A DNA stretch of 32,000 nucleotides from Nostoc punctiforme PCC 73102 (GTDB taxonomy: Bacteria; Cyanobacteriota; Cyanobacteriia; Cyanobacteriales; Nostocaceae): positions 2,190,001 to 2,222,000 of the forward strand of contig NC_010628.1 of the NCBI RefSeq assembly GCF_000020025.1. The letters are read 5' to 3'. Below the pieces are notes generated by a model that made no database searches, was not told the DNA's origin, and saw only the letters and a list, made by a program, of their open reading frames with translations. Of this stretch, positions 8,254-14,504 are shown in pieces; the stretch's first letter is position 1; every line of letters begins with the position of its first letter. A program made the position numbers and the translations under genes.

Positions 8254-8919
8254 TTATGCTCGCCAAAGGTAGAGAAGCGAGAAAAGAAAGACCCAAACTA
8301 CATCAACAAAGTGCCAAAATAGAGTAGTTGCACTTGTCCCGAAGTGAGTTTTATTATAGTTGCCTGGGATGAATGAACGAATCAGCATAATTATCTGAAG
8401 CACAACACCAGCCAGGACGTGTAGACCGTGGAAGCCTGTTAGTAAGTAAAATGTCGAACCAACTAACCCTGTAGTAATCTTGAAATCGAGATTTTTCCAC
8501 TCAATTAGCAGACCAACTAAGAAGTAACTCCCCATTGCGATCGTTATTAACCATAGCCAACGAAATTTCTTGAGTTGATTACGCTTGAGTGCATTTTCTG
8601 CTGGTTGAATGACAAAGCTACTAGAAAGTAATACTACCGTATTAATAACTACAATTGTAGACAATTCCGGTCCCGATATACCGGGTGGCAGCCAATTTTT
8701 AGTATTCAGTCGTAGAGCAACATAAGTAAAGATAAAACTCAAAAAAATGATGCTTTCTGACAGCAGGAACACGGTAAATCCGAACATTCCTTTACCATGA
8801 TGATCTTCATGACTACCGCCACCACTTGGTAAGAAGCGCTGTAACCAATTTGGCAAGCGTCGCCGCCACAAATCAAAACGGATAGGACTTTCATCTATAT
8901 GAATAGTGCGACGTTGCAT
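8254..8919 (-). CDS. ctaE: Heme-copper oxidase subunit III (ARTO-type cluster)
   Basis: The 221-aa ORF is a short 5-TM subunit III. Its motifs are FYLLTGFHGLHVLAGV and TLFWHFVDVVWVFLF. Confidence 0.9.
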   Translation of the reverse strand: MQRRTIHIDESPIRFDLWRRRLPNWLQRFLPSGGGSHEDHHGKGMFGFTVFLLSESIIFLSFIFTYVALRLNTKNWLPPGISGPELSTIVVINTVVLLSSSFVIQPAENALKRNQLKKFRWLWLITIAMGSYFLVGLLIEWKNLDFKITTGLVGSTFYLLTGFHGLHVLAGVVLQIIMLIRSFIPGNYNKTHFGTSATTLFWHFVDVVWVFLFSLLYLWRA

Positions 8920-8982
8920 AATTCGTAATACTCGCCAAAGGCGAGAAGCAAGCTACGTAATTCGTAATTAAAATTTGTCTAA

Positions 8983-9142
8983 GAGGATGTTTGAAAAGTG
9001 GTATGTTGTGATTTTAATCGAATTATTACCCCCTTATAAAGGGGGGAAACAAGAAAATCCGGTTCCCTCACCTTTATAAGGGGAGGGCTAGGGTGGGGTA
9101 AAAAATATTTGATACATCAATCATGACTTTTCAAACATCCTC
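8983..9142. mobile_element. MITE-like element (about 160 bp) in the ctaD-ctaE spacer
   Basis: The terminal inverted repeats are perfect: GAGGATGTTTGAAAAGT (8983-8999) and ACTTTTCAAACATCCTC (9126-9142). TAA flanks both ends directly (8980-8982 and 9143-9145). Two internal GC hairpins are present (CCCCCTTATAAAGGGGGG and CCCTCACCTTTATAAGGGGAGGG). It has no coding capacity. Confidence 0.6.
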
Positions 9143-9149
9143 TAACTCC

Positions 9150-10826
9150 TCACTCATTGTTATTAGAATCTTCGATTATTGAGTACTTTGGATTACCGTA
9201 GTCATAAGGAGGTCTTTTGACAATTGGAATCTCTTCAAAGTTATCTCGCGGAGGTGGTGAAGAGGTTGTCCATTCCAATCCACTAGCGTGCCAAGGATTG
9301 TCAACTGCTCTTGGCCCGTAAAGCCAAGAGCCTACTATGTTAGCAATAAAAGGCAGCGTGGATGCTCCTAGTAAGAATGATGCCAAGCTAGCGATAACGT
9401 TCCATCCTTGATACTGTGGATCGTAGGAAGAGACTCGGCGTAGCATCCCTTGTAAGCCTAGTGGGTGCATGGAGAAGAAGGTGATATTGGCAGGTATAAA
9501 GGTCAGCCAAAAATGCAATTTGCCCCAACCCTCAGCATACATTCTGCCAGTGATTTTGGGAAACCAGTAGTAAATTGCCGCGAAGATTGCCATTGTAATC
9601 GTGTTAAAAACGATGTAGTGGAAGTGTCCCACTACAAAGTAAGTATTATTAACGTGGATATCAAATGGCGTGGCAGCAAGCATTACACCAGTAACACCGC
9701 CAAAAATAAACATGGCTGCACCTCCCATTGCAAACAGCATTGGTGTCTCTAGATGTAGCTTGCTTCTCCAGATAGTGGCAGTCCAAGCGAAGGCTTTAAT
9801 ACCGGTAGGTATGGCAACTAACATTGAAGTAGCCATGAAGGTCATCCGCATCCAACCAGGGGTAGCACTGGTGAACATGTGATGTACCCAAACGAAGATG
9901 CTGATAAAAGCAATACCCAAGGTGGCGATCGCAACTGACCGATAACCAAATAGGGGATTGCGAGAAAATGCAGGCAAAACCTCAGCAAAAATACCAAAGG
10001 CTGGTAGTGCCATGATATAAACTGCTGGGTGAGAGTAGAACCAAAATAGATGTTGGTAAATGACGGGATCGCCATTCCCATCCGGTTTAAAGAATTGTGT
10101 GCCAACGGATAGGTCAAGCAACAACAGGATCAATGCACCCGTTAAGGCAGGTAAATTAATCAGTTGCAATAACTGGGCGCTGAGAACCGACCAAACAAAC
10201 ACAGGCATCCGAAAAAATGTCATCCCTGGGGCCCGCATCCAAAAGATGGTTGTCATAAAGTTGACAGCCCCCATGATGGAAGAGATGCCGATTAAAACTA
10301 GGCTGACTATCCAAATAAATTCACCGTTAATCAGTTCACCACCTGGAATTTGCAGACTAATTGGCGGATAAGACCACCAGCCAGATTGTGCAGTCCCGTT
10401 TGGCAAGAAGAAGCTAGACAGTAGTAAAAGACCAGCTGGCGGCAAAATCCAAAAGGAGATGGCGTTGAGCAAGGGAAAAGCCATATCCCGCGCTCCAATC
10501 ATCAATGGTACTAAGTAGTTAGAAAGCCCTGCATTGAAGGGAATAATCCACAGGAAAATCATGATTGTCCCGTGCATGGTGAACAAACCATTATAAAGCG
10601 GGCGATCAACCAGATTCGATTCTGGGGTGAGTAATTCAGCCCGAATCAGCATCGCCAACAGTCCGCCAATCAGGAAGAACATGAAGGTCATCACCATGTA
10701 CTGAATTCCAATCACCTTATGATCGGTGTTGAAACTGAAATATTGCTGCCAGGTATTACCCTGCTGGTTCTGATAATTTTCCGATTCTTGCTCCCCGGTA
10801 ATCTCTTGACTAAAATCATGTGTCAT
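9150..10826 (-). CDS. ctaD: Heme-copper oxidase subunit I, type A2
   Basis: All redox ligands are visible. They are the heme a His (FTMHGTIMIF), the CuB His plus cross-link Tyr (FYSHPAVY), CuB HH (VHHMF) and the heme a3/a His pair (GHFHYIVF). The K-channel Lys is in TGIKAFAW. I chose the start at ATG 10826 (MTHDFSQ...), which overlaps the ctaC stop by 11 nt. The 33-aa ORF-track extension would lie inside ctaC. Confidence 0.95.
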   Translation of the reverse strand: MTHDFSQEITGEQESENYQNQQGNTWQQYFSFNTDHKVIGIQYMVMTFMFFLIGGLLAMLIRAELLTPESNLVDRPLYNGLFTMHGTIMIFLWIIPFNAGLSNYLVPLMIGARDMAFPLLNAISFWILPPAGLLLLSSFFLPNGTAQSGWWSYPPISLQIPGGELINGEFIWIVSLVLIGISSIMGAVNFMTTIFWMRAPGMTFFRMPVFVWSVLSAQLLQLINLPALTGALILLLLDLSVGTQFFKPDGNGDPVIYQHLFWFYSHPAVYIMALPAFGIFAEVLPAFSRNPLFGYRSVAIATLGIAFISIFVWVHHMFTSATPGWMRMTFMATSMLVAIPTGIKAFAWTATIWRSKLHLETPMLFAMGGAAMFIFGGVTGVMLAATPFDIHVNNTYFVVGHFHYIVFNTITMAIFAAIYYWFPKITGRMYAEGWGKLHFWLTFIPANITFFSMHPLGLQGMLRRVSSYDPQYQGWNVIASLASFLLGASTLPFIANIVGSWLYGPRAVDNPWHASGLEWTTSSPPPRDNFEEIPIVKRPPYDYGNPKYSIIEDSNNNE

Positions 10827-11736
10827 TATTTTGCTTCCTTTTATTGGCAATGCCAGGTTGAGCAGGTGTGACGGTGTACCAGCCGCTATTAAACAATGTT
10901 TTTGGTGGTTGGATATTTTCGGCAACTGCCTGATTTACTGGAGTTGGTTCGCTATTAGCAGTTTGCGTGAGCCACTGGTTATATCGGTCGAGGGATTCAA
11001 CGTATACATCCGTTTCCATTAAGGCAAAGTAAGTACCGCTAAATTGAGAATCTTTCAGCCGATATTTGCCTGGGCGAGTAGGTGTTAGCACAATATCAAT
11101 GTCGCGCCCTGGAATAATATCCTGCTTTAAGCGAAACTCAGGGACATAGAAACCGTGAATTACATCCTGTGCTTGCAGATTTAAGCGAGTGCTACGATTG
11201 ATCGGCAGATGCAGTTGATTGCTAGTAACGTTATTTGGATAACGAAAAGACCAATCCCACTGCTTAACGAAAACATCAATAGTTTCAGATGCAGGTTTGG
11301 GGGCATCGCTGACGGTTTCGGCATAAGCGGGTGCAGATTCTAGGGGTGTGTGCAAATGCACGATTTGCTTTAAACCTAAAATATTTAACTGCTGATAAAT
11401 ATTGAAGCTTTGAAAAGCAATCCACACTACTAACAAAGTTGGGGTTGCTGTCCACAATATTTCTAGCCTCGCATCACCTCTAGAGGGGTGTCCCTCGGTG
11501 TAGTCTTCTGGAGGGGCGCGATGGAATGCGATCGCATAAACCATAACGCCAATTAGCCCAAGTAAGATAAATGCTCCAATTGAGACTAAGAAGCTAAATA
11601 AATCATCTACCCGTTGTGCTTCTGCTGTAGCTTGGGGAGGCATCCAAGAAAACGCCTGCTGGCCAATCCACCGACTGACGACGAGCAACACTGCTACATA
11701 AACCGCTATTAATACATATTCAAAAACACTAAACAT
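10816..11736 (-). CDS. ctaC: Heme-copper oxidase subunit II lacking the CuA centre (ARTO or quinol-oxidase-like)
   Basis: It has two N-terminal TM helices and a cupredoxin domain (DVIHGFYVPEFRLKQDIIPGR...PGKYRLKDSQFSGTYFALM). At the canonical CuA positions, both Cys and the second His are replaced. The start is ATG 11736 or TTG 11745. Confidence 0.9.
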   Translation of the reverse strand: MFSVFEYVLIAVYVAVLLVVSRWIGQQAFSWMPPQATAEAQRVDDLFSFLVSIGAFILLGLIGVMVYAIAFHRAPPEDYTEGHPSRGDARLEILWTATPTLLVVWIAFQSFNIYQQLNILGLKQIVHLHTPLESAPAYAETVSDAPKPASETIDVFVKQWDWSFRYPNNVTSNQLHLPINRSTRLNLQAQDVIHGFYVPEFRLKQDIIPGRDIDIVLTPTRPGKYRLKDSQFSGTYFALMETDVYVESLDRYNQWLTQTANSEPTPVNQAVAENIQPPKTLFNSGWYTVTPAQPGIANKRKQNNDT

Positions 11737-11760
11737 AAAATTCAATAAATTCTCGTTTAA

Positions 11761-12354
11761 TTATTTGTTGTAAACATTTTTAGAAATGGTATTAGCAGCA
11801 GTAACATGAATTCCAAATTCTTCTCCCAAATGCGCCCCCAATGTTCCGTGAACATACAATATGCCTAGCATCGCAATCCCTGCTAACAAGTAACTCCACT
11901 GCACCTGTCTGGAAGCATCCTTCCGCCAGTGGTAGCGTTGCAAACCTCTCCATACAGTCATGGCGACAATGATCCCCAACAGCAAAACCCCACCCAAACC
12001 ATGTAAAAGCATCGTCCAACCAGCACTCAATCCCCAAGCACTCTTTTGATCGACTGGTGGATTTGCCAAAAGTAGCTCAAAAAAACCAGCCGCAACCGTG
12101 AAAAATGTGATACCTGCTGCTGCTATCAGGTTGTACCAGCCGACATCAAAAAAGCTAGAACGGATGGCAGCCAATCCCAAAAATTTGAAAATAGGTTTTT
12201 CTAAAGAAAACAGCACTCCTGCTATATCAAAAAGAATGGCAATGATAAACAAGCCCAGCGTTAGATGCACCAACTGCGGATGTATAGGAATCTCATAAGG
12301 TAATCCGTTAGCACCCAGCCGCAATCTCAACTGCTCAATCAGTTGCGGGTTCAT
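11761..12354 (-). CDS. DUF2231-like 4-TM membrane protein, paralog B
   Basis: The 197-aa ORF has the N-terminal motif LPYEIPIHPQLVHLTLG, four hydrophobic helices, and further intramembrane His residues (LLHGLGG, YVHGTLGAHLG). Its ATG overlaps the upstream stop (ATGA at 12351-12354). Confidence 0.7.
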   Translation of the reverse strand: MNPQLIEQLRLRLGANGLPYEIPIHPQLVHLTLGLFIIAILFDIAGVLFSLEKPIFKFLGLAAIRSSFFDVGWYNLIAAAGITFFTVAAGFFELLLANPPVDQKSAWGLSAGWTMLLHGLGGVLLLGIIVAMTVWRGLQRYHWRKDASRQVQWSYLLAGIAMLGILYVHGTLGAHLGEEFGIHVTAANTISKNVYNK

Positions 12355-12845
12355 GGTGAAACTCCCTGTTTCATGGCTTGAACTACAGGCTCAACGTGCA
12401 ACCCATACACCCAAAACAGTTTACTCCCCAAATACACTTGCAAAAATACTAGGCAGACTAACAATGTTGCAGCCCCAAGGTAAGCAGGTGGTACTTTTCG
12501 GGGGCTGCGGTTGCGAATCACAAAACGCCAAGCTGCGATCGCCGCAACAATCGCTCCCAGTGACCAACCCAAGACGGTATGATAATTCAGCGTTGACTGG
12601 GCTGCTTTCTGGGCTTGTGCTAGTCCTGCTTCAAATTGACCAAAGATAATTGCGATGAAAATTGCGATCGCAGCAACAAACATATTCCAGAAACTCACCT
12701 CAAATAAACGCACGTTGCGGGTGAAATAGCCTAGAACATCACAGAAGAAAGAAAAAAACACCATTGCAATCACAAAGTGAACGATAATTGGGTGCAAAGG
12801 ATCGGGGTATGGTAGATTCTGGCTATTGAGAGGTAAGGCAGACAT
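12351..12845 (-). CDS. DUF2231-like 4-TM membrane protein, paralog A
   Basis: The 164-aa ORF has the N-terminal motif LPYPDPLHPIIVHFVIAM, which matches paralog B. It has four hydrophobic helices and His residues in LNYHTVLGW and YGLHVEP. It is the first gene of the minus-strand array. Confidence 0.7.
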   Translation of the reverse strand: MSALPLNSQNLPYPDPLHPIIVHFVIAMVFFSFFCDVLGYFTRNVRLFEVSFWNMFVAAIAIFIAIIFGQFEAGLAQAQKAAQSTLNYHTVLGWSLGAIVAAIAAWRFVIRNRSPRKVPPAYLGAATLLVCLVFLQVYLGSKLFWVYGLHVEPVVQAMKQGVSP

Positions 12846-13172
12846 CGCTTTTTCCTTGGGGTATCAGGTGCTGTGATTGCTTAGAGGTTTTGTAAAAATA
12901 CTATCCAGTATTGACTGCTTGAAGATTTTTAATTTTGCAGATGCTGACAAGATTTAGAATTCCTAACAATCAATATCTAAAAAATAGAGCAAAAAGCTAC
13001 TATCTTAGGGATGACTTATCGAAAAATAAATTATGATTTCTTGTTAGCTACATCTCTCCAATTTCCAATTTTATTAAGAAAGGCAGATGGTAAAAGAAAT
13101 TAATTAAATTTTATTATAAATAATCATATACACCTGAAAATATGCATCTCTACAAGATTAATAAATAATTTT

Positions 13173-13186
13173 AGTAACCGGTTACT
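13173..13186. promoter_or_regulatory. Perfect 14-bp palindrome AGTAACCGGTTACT, candidate operator in the divergent cox-gdh spacer
   Basis: It is a GC-containing perfect palindrome isolated in an otherwise very AT-rich, ORF-free 735-bp spacer. It lies about 330 bp from the oxidase operon start and about 395 bp from the SDR start. Confidence 0.25.
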
Positions 13187-13580
13187 TGTCATTAATCAAA
13201 CTCTTGTATAAATAAATCCATATCAAAAAATCGAAATTATTCTAAAAGCTATCTCCTGCTTAAGAAAGACATGCAACTGACTTCATACTATAAAGATTTC
13301 ATCCAATAATGAAATTGTGATGAAATTTTTATAGTTCTTTCGGTAGAGATATTTATTATTCCAATGGCTAGAAGCATTAATTTTTGCAAACCTCTAAAGT
13401 GGTGCCAGAATCACCAAAATAGCTGTCAAAAATTAAACACATAAGCCAAATGTGTAATTAGTATAAAAATTTCAACGTAGGACAGATTGCTTCAATTCGG
13501 ATTCAATCATAAGTTTTCAATATCAGCTATCTTCAAACTTTGCAAATGAAAATACATAGCAAAAATTCTGAAAAAGTATT

Positions 13581-14393
13581 ATGAGTTATTCCCCTTATCT
13601 CCTTAAAGGTCAAAAAGCACTTGTGACAGGTGCTAGTTCTGGGATTGGTGAAGCGATCGCTCGCTATTTGGCTGCATCAGGTGCAGCAGTAGCTATCAAT
13701 TACCATTCTGAAGCTGAATCAGCCCAAAAAATTGTTGATGATATCAAAGCTGCTAATGGAGAAGCATTCGCTATTCAAGCCGATGTCAGTAAAGAAGACC
13801 AAGTAAAGGCAATGTTCAGCCTAACCCTTAAACAATTTGGCACTATTGATATTTTAGTAAGTAATGCGGGCATTCAAAAAGACTCAGCATTTATAGATAT
13901 GACCCTCGATCAATGGAATGCAGTGATTGGGATAAATCTAACAGGACAATTCTTATGTGCTAGGGAAGCCGCAAAGGAATTCTTGCGTCGAGGTGTGAAG
14001 CCTGATATTTCATGTGCGGCAGGTAAGATTATTTGTATGAGTTCCGTACATGAGGTAATTCCTTGGGCTGGTCATGTGAATTATGCTACTAGCAAAGGTG
14101 GTATTAATATGATGATGCAAAGTATTGCCCAAGAACTTGCTCCTCACAAAATTCGGGTTAATAGTATTGCTCCTGGTGCAATCAAAACCCCAATTAACAA
14201 ATCAGCTTGGGATACCCCACAAGCAGAGGCAAATTTACTAAAACTAATTCCAGCGAAACGTGTGGGAAATGTAGAAGATATCGCCAAAGCAGCAGTTTGG
14301 TTGGCTTCTGATGACTCTGATTATGTCAACGGTACAACACTATTTGTAGATGGTGGCATGACTTTATATCCAGGGTTTACAGACAATGGTTAA
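13581..14393 (+). CDS. NAD(P)-dependent glucose 1-dehydrogenase (classical SDR)
   Basis: The 270-aa ORF has TGASSGIG, VSNAG, SSVHEVIPWAGHVNYATSKGG (catalytic S...YxxxK), PGAIKTPIN and a C-terminal LFVDGGMTLYPGF. From memory, this is colinear with Bacillus-type glucose 1-dehydrogenases. Confidence 0.8.
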   Translation: MSYSPYLLKGQKALVTGASSGIGEAIARYLAASGAAVAINYHSEAESAQKIVDDIKAANGEAFAIQADVSKEDQVKAMFSLTLKQFGTIDILVSNAGIQKDSAFIDMTLDQWNAVIGINLTGQFLCAREAAKEFLRRGVKPDISCAAGKIICMSSVHEVIPWAGHVNYATSKGGINMMMQSIAQELAPHKIRVNSIAPGAIKTPINKSAWDTPQAEANLLKLIPAKRVGNVEDIAKAAVWLASDDSDYVNGTTLFVDGGMTLYPGFTDNG

Positions 14394-14396
14394 GAT

Positions 14397-14411
14397 AATT
14401 CGTAATTCGTA
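14397..14411. repeat. Tandem heptamer AATTCGT x2, also present at 8956-8970 and 8920-8930
   Basis: AATTCGTAATTCGTA lies 3 nt after the SDR stop codon. CGTAATTCGTAATTA and AATTCGTAAT lie just upstream of the ctaE start. Confidence 0.75.
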
Positions 14412-14504
14412 TTTAAGTTTTGTAATTGGGATTTAAAAAGAGCCAGAAAATTTGCGGCTTGTTGGAAGCGAGGGAATTAAAACCACAGAATTGGTTAATT
14501 GAAA

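Noticed and set aside
8216-8296. The ORF track gives the small membrane ORF a 27-aa N-terminal extension that overlaps ctaE.
   Set aside because: It overlaps the ctaE 3' end by 43 nt. The internal ATG at 8215 gives a non-overlapping gene with a sensible spacer.
8925-8950. A 25-nt stretch just upstream of the ctaE start (minus-strand sense GCTTCTCGCCTTTGGCGAGTATTA) resembles the ctaE 3' end (GCTTCTCTACCTTTGGCGAGCATAA at about 8254-8278). I considered it a relic of a duplication.
   Set aside because: The similarity is short and centres on a CTCGCCAAAGG hairpin-type word that looks like a dispersed repeat module. Without genome-wide counts it cannot be told apart from a coincidental repeat insertion.
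10017-10037. ctaD reads YSHPAVY where classical oxidases have GHPEVY. The key D-channel glutamate appears to be replaced by Ala, which at first looks like an inactivating mutation.
   Set aside because: The YSHPxV motif (Tyr-Ser replacing the Glu) is the recognised signature of type A2 heme-copper oxidases, which include cyanobacterial Cta enzymes. All metal ligands are intact, so this is a family trait and not a defect.
10827-10925. The ORF track gives ctaD a 33-aa N-terminal extension (MPKISNHQKHC...).
   Set aside because: The extension lies entirely inside the ctaC coding region in another frame and has no oxidase-like sequence. The internal ATG at 10826 gives the usual short overlap with the ctaC stop.
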